NCBI RefSeq assembly: GCF_902713755.1
Contig: NZ_LR744089.1
Direction: 5' to 3' (one strand)
Origin: Candidatus Saccharimonadota bacterium
Lineage (GTDB): Bacteria; Pseudomonadota; Gammaproteobacteria; Johnevansiales; Johnevansiaceae
Length of the DNA: 32,000 nucleotides
Positions within the stretch are counted from its first letter, which is position 1. Every line of letters begins with the position of its first letter. Positions 1-10,700 of the stretch are shown here, one piece after another. Position numbers and translations under genes: made by a program. The notes under the pieces are model-generated. The model did no database searches and was not told the DNA's origin. It saw only the letters and a program-made list of their open reading frames with translations.

Positions 1-196
1 CATTATTAGCCGTACGTTCTATACATATCCTACTAATATTAGTAGTAGCATTTTTTAAACGTTTTTCTATAACTTTTCTAACTTTAATATCTTTCTTTAA
101 TAATAAAGCATAATTTTTCCGTTCTGCATACCATATTGATAAATGATTTTTTATAATCCCTAATCTCATACCTATTGGATTTACTTTTTTTCCCAT
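1..196 (-). CDS. rpsC: 30S ribosomal protein S3, N-terminal part (gene runs off the window start)
   Basis: My own reverse translation from ATG at 196-194 gives MGKKVNPIGMRLGIIKNHLSIWYAERKNYALLLKKDIKVRKVIEKRL...ICIERTANN. This matches the S3 N-terminus (E. coli [24 protein letters not shown]...VIERPAK). It lies directly after rplV, as in the S10 operon. Confidence 0.85.
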   Translation of the reverse strand, partial: MGKKVNPIGMRLGIIKNHLSIWYAERKNYALLLKKDIKVRKVIEKRLKNATTNISRICIERTANN

Positions 197-200
197 TTTT

Positions 201-542
201 TTACCTATTTTTTTCTTTTACTCTTATATTTATATGACAAGTACGTTTTATAATACTATCATTACGACCTTTAGCTCTTGGTAAATTTCTTTTTAAACTT
301 TTCCCTTCATTTATCCAAATACCAGATATTATTAATTTTTCAATCTTCATACCATTATTTTTTTTTGCATTATACATTACTGATTTTAATGTTTTCTTTA
401 TTATATCTGATGCTTTTTTTGATGAAAAATTTAAAATTTCTAATGCTCTATATACTGATTTTCCTCTAATTTGATTAGCTACTAATCTAGCTTTTTGGGC
501 TGATAATCGAACACCACAAAATTTTGCACTTACTTCTTCCAT
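201..542 (-). CDS. rplV: 50S ribosomal protein L22
   Basis: The 113-aa ORF contains [17 protein letters not shown]...[18 protein letters not shown], colinear with E. coli L22 (ARSSAQKVRLVADLIRGK...MPRAKGRADRILKRTSHI). S10-operon position. Confidence 0.95.
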   Translation of the reverse strand: MEEVSAKFCGVRLSAQKARLVANQIRGKSVYRALEILNFSSKKASDIIKKTLKSVMYNAKKNNGMKIEKLIISGIWINEGKSLKRNLPRAKGRNDSIIKRTCHINIRVKEKNR

Positions 543-841
543 TCTTTTTTACCACTTAATTTTTTATCAGCTATTTGGCGCCCTTTTTTATGATGACCTT
601 TATAAGTCCGCGTAATAGCAAATTCACCTAATTTTCTACCTACCATTTCTTCTGTAATATAAACAGGTATATGTTTTCTACCATTATGGATCGCTATTGT
701 TAATCCTAACATATCAGGTAATATCATAGACCTTCTAGACCAAGTTTTTATTGGTTTTTTTTCATTTTTTTTTAAAGCTTTTTCTATTTTTTCAAAAAGA
801 TGTTTATCTATAAAAGGACCTTTTTTTATAGAACGTGGCAT
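530..841 (-). CDS. rpsS: 30S ribosomal protein S19 (about 11-aa Lys-rich C-terminal extension, overlaps the rplV start by 13 nt)
   Basis: [22 protein letters not shown]...[51 protein letters not shown] is near-identical in pattern to E. coli S19. Confidence 0.95.
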   Translation of the reverse strand: MPRSIKKGPFIDKHLFEKIEKALKKNEKKPIKTWSRRSMILPDMLGLTIAIHNGRKHIPVYITEEMVGRKLGEFAITRTYKGHHKKGRQIADKKLSGKKEWKK

Positions 842-842
842 A

Positions 843-1649
843 TTATAACTTCCTTATATTTTTACGTGTTTTATAACCTTTAGTCGGTTTTCCCCAAGGT
901 GTTACTGGATGTCTTCCTCCACTTGTACGACCTTCCCCACCCCCATGTGGATGATCTACAGGATTCATTGCAACTCCTCTAACTGTTGGACGTATACCTT
1001 TCCATCTTTTTACCCCTGCTTTCCCTAATTTACAAAGATTATATTTTGAATTACTTACTTCACCTATGGTTGCACGACAATCTGAATTAATTTTACGTAT
1101 CTCCCCTGACCGCAAACGTATACTAACATACCTTCCATCTATATCTATAGAACTTACTTGTGCATAATTTCCTGCACTACGAACTAATTGAGCACCTTTG
1201 CCTGGTTTTATTTCTACACAATTAATTTTTGTTCCTAAATGAATATGTTTCAATGGTAATGTATTTCCATTTTTTATCGCTACATTCTTTCCTGATTCTA
1301 TTTTATCCCCTATTTTCATTCCTTTTGTTGAAATAATATAACTTCTTTCTCCATCTTTATATTTTATTAATGCTATCCTTGCATTTCTATTAGGATCATA
1401 TTCTATTCTTTCAATTAAAGCTGTTATATTATCTTTCTTTCTTTTAAAATCTATTTTTCTATAATATTGTTTATGCCCACCTCCAATATGACGTACAGTA
1501 ATTCTACCTTTATTATTTCGTCCACCATGTTTTTTTTTTACTTCTATCAACTGCCTTTTTGGCCTACCTTTATATATTTTTCTTTTTTTTAATTTTATAG
1601 CATGCCTAATTCCAGCCGATGTAGGTTTTACTTTAACTAATAACGACAT
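843..1649 (-). CDS. rplB: 50S ribosomal protein L2
   Basis: 268 aa with L2 hallmarks: [50 protein letters not shown]. Confidence 0.97.
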   Translation of the reverse strand: MSLLVKVKPTSAGIRHAIKLKKRKIYKGRPKRQLIEVKKKHGGRNNKGRITVRHIGGGHKQYYRKIDFKRKKDNITALIERIEYDPNRNARIALIKYKDGERSYIISTKGMKIGDKIESGKNVAIKNGNTLPLKHIHLGTKINCVEIKPGKGAQLVRSAGNYAQVSSIDIDGRYVSIRLRSGEIRKINSDCRATIGEVSNSKYNLCKLGKAGVKRWKGIRPTVRGVAMNPVDHPHGGGEGRTSGGRHPVTPWGKPTKGYKTRKNIRKL

Positions 1650-1656
1650 TTTTTAC

Positions 1657-1935
1657 TCACCCATTTAAATTTAATTCTTCTATACTTTCACCTTTCAATA
1701 ATTTTACATATGCCTTTTTATACCTACCTCTTTTCTTTTTTTTTGGTATATTAACTACTCTAACTGCATCTACTTTTTTTCCAAATAATAACTTAACAGC
1801 TTTTTTTATTTCTTTTTTTATAGCCTTTTTAGATACTTTAAATACATAGTTACCTTTGGATACTTTTAATAAAGCTTTTTCACTCATATGTGGTCCTAAT
1901 AAAACTTTTAATAATTTTTCTTTATATCTCATCAT
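1657..1935 (-). CDS. rplW: 50S ribosomal protein L23
   Basis: 92 aa. LLKVLLGPHMSEKA...KKAIKKEIKKAVKLLF...KKAYVKL parallels E. coli L23 (LLKVLRAPHVSEKA...KAEIKAAVQKLF...KKAYVTL). Lies between rplD and rplB. Confidence 0.9.
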   Translation of the reverse strand: MMRYKEKLLKVLLGPHMSEKALLKVSKGNYVFKVSKKAIKKEIKKAVKLLFGKKVDAVRVVNIPKKKKRGRYKKAYVKLLKGESIEELNLNG

Positions 1936-2549
1936 TATATCTTTAATTTTTCCTCTAATTTCCGTAAAGCTGATAATGTTATTAATACTTTATCTGTTTT
2001 TATAAGAATTAACGGATTTACTGATCTAACATTAATAGTATTAATATTCTGTATATTACGTGAAGCTAATTCAATTTTTTTATCACTTTTTTCCGTTATT
2101 ATAATACTTTTCAATTTCTTTATATTTAACTCTTCCATTTTACTAATTATTTTTTTTGTTTTTATAATATTAACCTTCATTTCCTTTATTACAATTAATC
2201 TTTCTTGACGTATTAATTCAGACATAATTGAACACATTGCTAATCTATACATTTTTCTATTTACTTTATTATAATATTTCTTTTTACTTGCAGCAAAAGT
2301 TATACAACCTCCTCTCCATATTGGTGACCTTATACTACCTGCACGGGCCCTTCCTGTTCCTTTTTGCCGCCAAGGTTTTTTCCCTCCACCACTAATGGTT
2401 TTATATTTTTTTTGTGCTTTTGTTCCCTGCCTTGAATTTTTGATGTACGATGTTACTACTTGATGAATTAATGACTTTTTAAATTCTCTATCAAATACTT
2501 CTTTTGATACTTCTATTTTTTCACTTGTATCTCTAATTTTTAACTTCAT
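1935..2549 (-). CDS. rplD: 50S ribosomal protein L4
   Basis: 204 aa with the L4 core SGGGKKPWRQKGTGRARAGSIRSPIWRGG. TAATG overlap with rplW. S10-operon position. Confidence 0.92.
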   Translation of the reverse strand: MKLKIRDTSEKIEVSKEVFDREFKKSLIHQVVTSYIKNSRQGTKAQKKYKTISGGGKKPWRQKGTGRARAGSIRSPIWRGGCITFAASKKKYYNKVNRKMYRLAMCSIMSELIRQERLIVIKEMKVNIIKTKKIISKMEELNIKKLKSIIITEKSDKKIELASRNIQNINTINVRSVNPLILIKTDKVLITLSALRKLEEKLKI

Positions 2550-3139
2550 TTTTTTATCTTCATTATTTTTTTTATAATTACTTTACTTCCCGAATATCCT
2601 GGTACCGCACCTTTTATTATAATTAAATTTAATTCTATATTTATTTTTATAATTTTTAAATTTTTTACTGTTTTTTTATCATTTCCCATTCTACCTGCCA
2701 TCTTTTTACCTTTAAATACTCTTCCTGGAGTTTGACATTGCCCTGTCGAACCTGCTGTCCGATGAGCAAGTGAATTTCCATGACTCTTATCTTGCGATTT
2801 AAATTTCCACCTTTTTATAGTACCTTGATATCCCTTACCTTTAGAAATCCCACTAACATTAACAACTTCATCTATTTTAAAATTCGATACTTTTATTTCA
2901 TCATTCATACCTATTTTTTTTATATCTTTACTACTTATTCTAAATTCCTTTAATCTTGCTACTTTTTTCTTTTTTAACTTCCCGTCTGTAACTTGTATGG
3001 CATTATATCCATCTTTTTTTTTTGTCTTTATATTTACTATCCTATTATGTAATACCTCTATTATAGTAACAGGTATTGATATACCTTTCTCTTTCAATAT
3101 TATACTCATACCTATTTTTTTTCCAATTACTCCAATCAT
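2546..3139 (-). CDS. rplC: 50S ribosomal protein L3
   Basis: 197 aa. MIGVIGKKIGMS...GKGYQGTIKRW.F......HGNSLAHRTAGSTGQCQTPGRVFKGKKMAGRMG is the typical L3 signature. ATGA stop/start overlap with rplD. Confidence 0.95.
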   Translation of the reverse strand: MIGVIGKKIGMSIILKEKGISIPVTIIEVLHNRIVNIKTKKKDGYNAIQVTDGKLKKKKVARLKEFRISSKDIKKIGMNDEIKVSNFKIDEVVNVSGISKGKGYQGTIKRWKFKSQDKSHGNSLAHRTAGSTGQCQTPGRVFKGKKMAGRMGNDKKTVKNLKIIKINIELNLIIIKGAVPGYSGSKVIIKKIMKIKK

Positions 3140-3140
3140 T

Positions 3141-3455
3141 TTAATTCCCTACCTTAATTTGTACCTCTACCCCTGCTGATAAATCTAAACCCATTAAGGC
3201 ATCTACCGTTTTATCTGTTTGTTCTACTATATCTAATAATCTTTTATGCGTACGAATTTCATATTGATCTCGTGCATCTTTATCAACGTGTGGTGATATT
3301 AAAATTGTATACCTTTCTATCTTATTTGGTAACGGAATCGGTCCTTTTACTTGTGCTCCAGTACGTTTTGCTGTTTCTACTATTTCTTTAGCTGATTTAT
3401 CTATTAATATTTTATCAAAAGATTTCAACCTTATACGAATTTTTTGCTTTTTCAT
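3141..3455 (-). CDS. rpsJ: 30S ribosomal protein S10
   Basis: 104 aa. [37 protein letters not shown]...[31 protein letters not shown] is nearly identical in pattern to E. coli S10. Confidence 0.97.
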   Translation of the reverse strand: MKKQKIRIRLKSFDKILIDKSAKEIVETAKRTGAQVKGPIPLPNKIERYTILISPHVDKDARDQYEIRTHKRLLDIVEQTDKTVDALMGLDLSAGVEVQIKVGN

Positions 3456-3467
3456 CTTTTATCTCTT

Positions 3468-4661
3468 TTATTCTAAAATTTTAACTACTATTCCTGCTCC
3501 TACTGTACGACCTCCTTCTCTAATAGCAAATCTTAAACCTTCTTCCATTGCTATAGGCGCTATTAACTTAATTATCATTTTTACATTATCCCCTGGCATA
3601 ACCATATCTACGAAATCTTTTAATTCACACGTTCCTGTTACATCTGTAGTTCTAAAATAGAACTGTGGTCTATACCCATTTAAAAACGGTGTGTGTCTAC
3701 CACCTTCTTCTTTATTTAAAATATAAACCTCTGCTTCAAATTTTGTATGTGGTGTTATTGATCCTGGTTTAGCTAAAATTTGACCTCTTTCAACATCTTC
3801 TCTCTTTATTCCACGTAATAAAGCTCCTATATTTTCTCCTGCACGACCTTCATCGAGTAGTTTTCTAAACATTTCTATTCCTGTAACTGTTGTTTTTATA
3901 GTTTCTTTTAATCCTATTATTTCAACTTCTTCTCCTGTTTTTATTATACCCCGATCTACTCTACCTGTTACTACTGTTCCTCTTCCTGATATTGAAAATA
4001 CATCTTCGATTGGCATTAAAAAGTGTTTGGTTATAGCACGTTCTGGTAATGGTATATAATTATCTAATGATTCTACTAATTTTATTACTGAACTTTTTCC
4101 CATACCTTTGTCATCTTTACCTTCTAACGCCATTAAAGCCGAACCTATTATTATTGGTGTCTTTTCCCCTGGAAACTCATATTCTGATAGTAATTCTCTA
4201 ATTTCTATTTCTACCAATTCTAATAGTTCTTTATCATCTACTAAATCTGCTTTATTTAAATAAACTACAATATATGGCACCCCTACTTGCCGTGCTAATA
4301 ATATATGTTCTCTTGTTTGAGGCATAGGTCCATCAGAGGCTGAACATACTAATATAGCTCCATCCATTTGAGCGGCACCTGTTATCATATTTTTTATATA
4401 ATCCGCATGTCCCGGACAATCTACATGTGCATAATGTCTTTTTTTTGATTCATATTCTACATGAGCTGTCGCTATTGTTATACCTCTTTCCTTTTCTTCT
4501 GGTGCATTATCTATTGTATCAAATTTTCTCCATTCCCCGCCATATATTTCTGATGATACACGAGTTAATGCTGCTGTTAATGTTGTTTTACCATGATCTA
4601 CATGTCCAATTGTACCAACGTTTACATGTTCTTTAGACCTATTAAATTTTTCTTTAGCCAC
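3468..4661 (-). CDS. tuf: Elongation factor Tu (GTG start lying inside the last codons of fusA)
   Basis: 397 aa. [31 protein letters not shown]..., [14 protein letters not shown]. The codon at 4661-4659 is GTG. GAGG lies 9 nt upstream (4674-4671). Confidence 0.98.
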   Translation of the reverse strand: MAKEKFNRSKEHVNVGTIGHVDHGKTTLTAALTRVSSEIYGGEWRKFDTIDNAPEEKERGITIATAHVEYESKKRHYAHVDCPGHADYIKNMITGAAQMDGAILVCSASDGPMPQTREHILLARQVGVPYIVVYLNKADLVDDKELLELVEIEIRELLSEYEFPGEKTPIIIGSALMALEGKDDKGMGKSSVIKLVESLDNYIPLPERAITKHFLMPIEDVFSISGRGTVVTGRVDRGIIKTGEEVEIIGLKETIKTTVTGIEMFRKLLDEGRAGENIGALLRGIKREDVERGQILAKPGSITPHTKFEAEVYILNKEEGGRHTPFLNGYRPQFYFRTTDVTGTCELKDFVDMVMPGDNVKMIIKLIAPIAMEEGLRFAIREGGRTVGAGIVVKILE

Positions 4662-6849
4662 TAATATAACCCTCTTTATTCTTTTTTATAACTTCTCTAC
4701 TTACTATATCTGGTGCTTCATCATATTTTTCAAATTTCATTGTATAACTTGCTCTCCCTTGAGTGGTAGATCTTAAATCTGTTGCATAACCAAACATTTC
4801 ACCTAATGGTACCATAGCGTTTATAATTTTTCCATAATAATTATCTTCCATACTTTGTATAATCCCTCTTCTACGATTTAAATCACCTACTACCTCTCCC
4901 ATAAATTTTTCTGGTGTTATTATTTCTACTCTCATTATTGGTTCTAATAACACTACTTCAGCTTTCATTGCTCCTTCTTTAACTGCTATAGATGATGCTA
5001 TTTTAAAAGCATTTTCATTCGAATCTACTTCATGGTAAGATCCATCAAATACTGTTACTTTAACATCTATCATTGGATATCCAGCTAATACACCATTTTT
5101 TAATTGATCAACCGCACCTTTTTCTATAGCTGGTATATATTCTTTAGGTATTGCTCCTCCTACTATTTCTGAATTAAACTTAAATTTTCTTTCTTTGTCT
5201 TCTTTGTCTTCTTTGTCTTCTTTGTTTTCTTTGTTTTCTTTGTTTTCTTTGTTTTCTTTGTTTTCTTTGTCTAACGGCTCTATACGTAACCAAACATGTC
5301 CATATTGACCTCTACCTCCTGATTGTCTAATAAATTTTCCTTCTTGTTTTACTACCTTTTTTATTGTTTCACGATATGCTACTTGAGGTTTACCTATATT
5401 TGCTTCTACTTTAAACTCTCTACGCATCCTATCTACTATAATATCAATATGCAATTCCCCCATTCCTGATATTATTGTTTGACCATTTTCCTTATCATAA
5501 TTTACTTTTAAAGAAGGATCTTCTTTTTCTAATTTATTAAGACCACTAATCATTTTTTCTTGATCATCTTTATATTTAGGTTCTATTGCAACTGATATTA
5601 CTGGTTCTGGAAAATCTATTCTTTCTAATATAATATTTTTTTCCATAGAACAAAGTGTATCACCTGTAGTTGTTTCTTTTAAACCTACGCACGCTGCTAT
5701 ATCCCCTGCTAATATTTCTTTAATTTCTTCCTTATAATTTGCATGCATTTGAACTATTCTTCCAATACGCTCTTTTTTTTCTTTTACTGAATTATATACT
5801 TTATCTCCTGATTTTATTTTTCCTGAATATACTCTAACAAATGTTAAATTTCCTACATATGAATCTGTCGCTATTTTAAAAGCTAAAGCTGCAAAACTTG
5901 CCTTATCATCTGCCATATAATTTTTTATATCTGCTTTTTTTATTAATATTTTTTCTTTCCCTTTTAAAATATCAATATCTAAAGGTGATGGTAAATATTC
6001 TATTACTGCATCTAATAATGCTTGAATACCTTTATTTTTAAAAGCCGATCCACATGTTACTAAAACAATTTCATTGTTTAATGTTCGAATACGTAAACCC
6101 TTTTTTATTAATTTATTAGATAATTTACCTTCTTCTAAATATTTTTCTAATATACTTTCATCTGCTTCTGCCGCTATTTCTAATATTTTTTCATTATATT
6201 TTTTTGATATATTTTTTAAGTTTTCTGGTATTTCTACTATTTCATATTCCATTCCCTTTTTCTTTTCACGCCATGAAATTGCTTTCATTTCAATTAAATC
6301 TATTATCCCTTTAAATTTTTTTTCTACACCCCAATTTAATTGTATTGGAACAGCTTTACAATTTAATCTATCTTCAATTTGCTTTACAACACTTAAATAA
6401 TCCGCTCCTTGTCTATCCATTTTATTTATAAAAACTATACGTGGTACTTTATATTTATTTGCTTGTCTCCATACTGTTTCTGTTTGAGATTGAACTCCTG
6501 ATGACCCACATAATACTACTATTGCTCCATCCAATACTCTTAACGACCTTTCAACTTCTATAGTAAAATCAACATGTCCTGGAGTATCAATTATATTAAT
6601 TCTATGATCTTTATATTGTCCTTTCATTCCTTTCCAAAATGTAGTTACTGCTGCTGATGTTATAGTTATACCTCTTTCTTGTTCTTGTTCCATCCAATCT
6701 GTAGCTGCCGTCCCTTCATGAACTTCTCCCAATTTATGCGACCTCCCTGTATAGTATAATATTCTTTCTGTAGTTGTGGTTTTTCCTGCATCAACGTGTG
6801 CAATTATTCCTATATTTCTATATCTATTTATAGATGTTTTTCTCGACAC
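4654..6849 (-). CDS. fusA: Elongation factor G, carrying an in-frame (D/N)KE tandem-repeat insertion
   Basis: 731 aa. [74 protein letters not shown] start at 6849 with GGAG 7 nt upstream. Follows rpsG as in the str operon. Confidence 0.98.
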   Translation of the reverse strand: MSRKTSINRYRNIGIIAHVDAGKTTTTERILYYTGRSHKLGEVHEGTAATDWMEQEQERGITITSAAVTTFWKGMKGQYKDHRINIIDTPGHVDFTIEVERSLRVLDGAIVVLCGSSGVQSQTETVWRQANKYKVPRIVFINKMDRQGADYLSVVKQIEDRLNCKAVPIQLNWGVEKKFKGIIDLIEMKAISWREKKKGMEYEIVEIPENLKNISKKYNEKILEIAAEADESILEKYLEEGKLSNKLIKKGLRIRTLNNEIVLVTCGSAFKNKGIQALLDAVIEYLPSPLDIDILKGKEKILIKKADIKNYMADDKASFAALAFKIATDSYVGNLTFVRVYSGKIKSGDKVYNSVKEKKERIGRIVQMHANYKEEIKEILAGDIAACVGLKETTTGDTLCSMEKNIILERIDFPEPVISVAIEPKYKDDQEKMISGLNKLEKEDPSLKVNYDKENGQTIISGMGELHIDIIVDRMRREFKVEANIGKPQVAYRETIKKVVKQEGKFIRQSGGRGQYGHVWLRIEPLDKENKENKENKENKENKEDKEDKEDKERKFKFNSEIVGGAIPKEYIPAIEKGAVDQLKNGVLAGYPMIDVKVTVFDGSYHEVDSNENAFKIASSIAVKEGAMKAEVVLLEPIMRVEIITPEKFMGEVVGDLNRRRGIIQSMEDNYYGKIINAMVPLGEMFGYATDLRSTTQGRASYTMKFEKYDEAPDIVSREVIKKNKEGYISG
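5191..5271 (-). repeat. Perfect 9-bp tandem array (9 units, TTCTTTGT[C/T] on the plus strand) inside fusA, encoding DKE-(NKE)5-(DKE)3
   Basis: Read directly from the sequence: 3 GTC units (5191-5217), 5 GTT units (5218-5262), 1 GTC unit (5263-5271). In frame with fusA. Confidence 0.95.
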
Positions 6850-6860
6850 AATACTATCTC

Positions 6861-7334
6861 CTAAAACCTATAATGTGCAAATGCTTTATTAGCTTCTGCC
6901 ATCCTATGTACCTCTTCTTTTTTTTTAACTGCTACACCTTTCCCATCTATTGCATCTAATATTTCTTCATATAATCTGTTTTCCATTGTTTTTTCTTTTC
7001 TTTCTCTTGATGCTTTAACTAACCATTTCATTGCTAATGTATCTCTTCTTGAAGATCTTATTTCTACTGGGATATTATAATTCGCTCCACCTATCCGTCT
7101 TGATTTTACTTCAACCATAGGTTTTATACTCTCTAATGCTTTTTCAAATATACTTATTGCTATTTTTTTTTTTAATTTTTTATTTATTTTATTTAATGCA
7201 CCATAAACTATGCGCTCAGCCAATGTTTTTTTCCCATTCACCATTATATGGTTTATAAATTTAGCTAATATTACACTTTTAAATCTATTATCTGGTTTTA
7301 TTTCTCTTTTCCTTGCTATCTTCCGTCTTGCCAT
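6861..7334 (-). CDS. rpsG: 30S ribosomal protein S7
   Basis: 157 aa. [14 protein letters not shown].....[23 protein letters not shown]...[19 protein letters not shown]...R...AMKWLV.ASR.R......NRL..EILDA...[25 protein letters not shown] matches S7 end to end. Confidence 0.97.
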   Translation of the reverse strand: MARRKIARKREIKPDNRFKSVILAKFINHIMVNGKKTLAERIVYGALNKINKKLKKKIAISIFEKALESIKPMVEVKSRRIGGANYNIPVEIRSSRRDTLAMKWLVKASRERKEKTMENRLYEEILDAIDGKGVAVKKKEEVHRMAEANKAFAHYRF

Positions 7335-7342
7335 TCTTTTTT

Positions 7343-7717
7343 TTAACCTCTTTTTCTTTTAGTTCCATATTTTGAACGTGAACTTTTTCTATTTTTTACC
7401 CCAAATGTATCTAACGCACCTCTTATTGTATGATATCTTACCCCTGGTAAATCTTTTACCCTGCCTCCTCTTATTAAGACTACAGAATGTTCTTGAAGAT
7501 TATGTCCTTCACCTCCTATATAAGATGTTACCTCAAAACCATTAGTTAATCTAACTCTACATACTTTTCTTAAAGCAGAATTTGGTTTTTTTGGTGTTGT
7601 TGTATAAACCCTTGTACAAACTCCTCTTCTTTGTGGACCTGATTGTAATGCTGGTACATCACTTTGCTTTTTTGTTTTTATACGTTTTTTTCTAATTAAT
7701 TGATTTATTGTTATCAT
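7343..7717 (-). CDS. rpsL: 30S ribosomal protein S12
   Basis: 124 aa. TINQLIRK.R......[78 protein letters not shown] is canonical S12. Confidence 0.98.
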   Translation of the reverse strand: MITINQLIRKKRIKTKKQSDVPALQSGPQRRGVCTRVYTTTPKKPNSALRKVCRVRLTNGFEVTSYIGGEGHNLQEHSVVLIRGGRVKDLPGVRYHTIRGALDTFGVKNRKSSRSKYGTKRKRG

Positions 7718-7733
7718 TTTTTTGTCTTTTTTT

Positions 7734-7762
7734 ATTATAATTTTATTTTTTTTTTATGTCAA
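7734..7762 (-). promoter_or_regulatory. Consensus sigma70 promoter candidate for the str/S10 gene block: TTGACA-N17-TATAAT
   Basis: On the minus strand, TTGACA sits at 7762-7757, followed by a 17-nt A/T spacer (7756-7740) and TATAAT at 7739-7734. This is 16 nt upstream of the rpsL ATG (7717), inside the 54-nt rpoC-rpsL spacer. TTGACA contains G and C and is improbable by chance in this composition, especially at the exact optimal spacing from a perfect -10 box. Confidence 0.6.
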
Positions 7763-7771
7763 ACAATATTC

Positions 7772-10700
7772 TTATAATGCTTTTTTCCTACGACGTTCAT
7801 TGTGATATGCTAAACCTGTTCCTGCTGGAATTAATCTACCTACTACTACATTTTCTTTTAAACCTCTTAACTTATCATATCTTCCTTTAACTGCTGCTTC
7901 TGTTAAAACACGTGTTGTTTCTTGAAATGATGCTGCTGAAATAAATGATTCCGTTGCTAATGATGCTTTAGTAATTCCTAGTAATATTCTTTCATATATA
8001 ATTATTTTTTTTTTCAATTTATATAATTTTCTATTTTCTTCTAAAACCGATACTACTTCTACTTGATCACCTTTAATAAAATTACTATCTCCTGAATCTA
8101 TGATTTTTACTTTACGTAACATTTGTCTTACTATAACTTCAATATGTTTATCATTTATTACAACACCCTGTAATCTATATACTTCTTGTATTTCATTTAT
8201 AATATACTTTGATAACTCCTCTACCCCTAATAAACGTAATATATCATGTGGATTACTTGGGCCATCAGAAATTACTTCTCCTTTCTCTACTTTATCCCCT
8301 TCAAAAACACTTATTTGCCGGCCTTTATTAATTAATATTTCTTTGTTTTCCCCGCTTTCTTCTGAATTTATTATTATTCTACGTTTACCTTTTGTTTCCT
8401 TTCCAAATTTTATTATCCCTGTTATTTCTGACATTATTGCATATTCTTTTGGTTTTCTTGCTTCAACTAAATCAGCTACACGAGGTAAACCTCCTGTTAT
8501 ATCTTTATTTCCTAATGCTTCTACAGGAATTCTTGATATTATTTCACCTACCCCTATTTTAATACCATTTTCTACTGAAATCAAAGCCTTACCTGGTAAA
8601 CTATATTGAACTGGTGTATTATAACCTGGTAATGATATTTCCTTCCCTTCTTCATCTTGTAACCTAATTCTTGGTCTTTTATCTCTACCTGATACTGGTC
8701 GACTACCTACGTCTAAGATTTCTATAGAAGATATCCCTGTCATTTCATCTACAGTACTATGCATCGTTAACCCTTCTTCCATTTCAATAAACTTTATATA
8801 TCCTGATACCTCTGAAATAATTGGATGTGTATGAGGATCCCAATTAGCTATTATTGTACCAGCGGTAACCAAATTTCCTTCTCTAATATTTACTTCTGTA
8901 CCGTATGGTAATCTATAATATTCCTTTTCTCTACCTTTTTTATCTACTAAAACTATGGCGCTATTTTTAGAAACAACTATTAATTTTTTATCATTTCTTT
9001 CTACTGCTTTCATGTTATGAAACCTTATTATACCACCATACTTAACTTGAACATTATCTTTTATTAGAGTGCGTGATGCTGCCCCACCAATATGAAAAGT
9101 ACGCATCGTTAATTGAGTACCTGGTTCTCCTATAGATTGCGCTGCTATTACGCCTACTGATTCTCCAATATTTACTAAATTTCCTCTCGATAAATCTCTA
9201 CCATAACACATTACACAAACACCATATAAAGTTTCACAATTTATTATACTACGTACAAACACTTCATCTATTCCTAGTCTATATATTTTATTACACCATT
9301 CTTCATCTAATAATGTACCTGCTTTTATTAATACTTTCCCCTTTAAATCTAAAATATTTTTTGCTAATATTCTACCTAATATTTTTTCAGTTATTGATAC
9401 TATTATATCCCCTCCTTCTATTACTGAATACATTAATAAACCCTCTTGTGTATTACAATCTATTTCCGTTATCACTACATCTTGTGCTACATCTACTAAT
9501 CTTCTTGTTAAATATCCTGAATTCGCTGTTTTTAATGCTGTATCCGCTAAACCTTTTCTAGCACCATGAGTTGATATAAAATATTGTAATACATTTAATC
9601 CTTCACGAAAATTTGCTGTTATAGGAGTTTCAATAATAGACCCATCTGGTTTTGTCATTAAACCACGCATTCCGGCCAATTGTCTAATTTGAGCCGCACT
9701 TCCTCTTGCTCCTGAATCTGCCATAATAAATACACTATTAAAAGATTCTTGTTCAACTTTTTTTCCTAATTTATCTATTACAACATTTTTAGATATCCCT
9801 TTCATCATAGCTTTTGCTACTTTATCATTAGCTTTTGACCAAATATCAATAACTTTATTATATTTTTCTCCTAATGTTACAAGCCCATAAATATATTGTT
9901 TTCCTATTTCTTTTACTTCTTTTTCAGCTTTATTTATTATATATTCTTTTGAACTCGGTATAATAAAATCATTAACTCCAATTGATGCACCTGACCAAGT
10001 AGCTAAGTTAAAACCTGTATACATAAGTTTATCTGCTAATTTAACAGCTTCTTTTAATCCAATATTTCTATAAACCAAATTAATTAATTTAGATATTACT
10101 TTTTTTTTCATAGGTCTATTTATTAATTCAAAACTCATTCCCTTAGGCAACATACTATATAAAACAGCACGACCTACAGTAGTACTTCGTATTGATGTCT
10201 GTTTAATTAATTTTTGTTTTTCATCTTTTATCCAATCTGTTAACCTTACTTTAATACGAGCATGTAAATCCACTGTTTTATTGCTATAAGCTAATTCAAC
10301 TTCGCTTATATTAGAAAATATCATCCCTTCACCTTTTACATTACATTTATCCCTTGTCATATAATATAACCCTAACACTACATCTTGCGATGGTACAATG
10401 ATAGGTTCTCCACTTGCTGGAGATAATAAATTATTTGTTGACATCATTAATTCTCTAGCTTCTAATTGTGATTCCAATGTCAATGGTACATGTACTGCCA
10501 TTTGATCACCATCAAAATCTGCATTATATGCTGCACATACTAATGGATGTAATTGTATTGCTTTACCTTCTATTAAAATTGGCTCAAACGCTTGAATACC
10601 TAATCTATGTAATGTAGGGGCTCTATTCAATAACACTGGATGTTCACAAATTACATCTGCTAATATATCCCATACCTCTGGTACTTCTTTTTCAACCATT

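Noticed and set aside
5191-5271. The 9-bp repeat array as a CRISPR array or regulatory repeat.
   Set aside because: The units are contiguous with no spacers, only 9 bp long, and perfectly in frame within fusA. This is a coding microsatellite.
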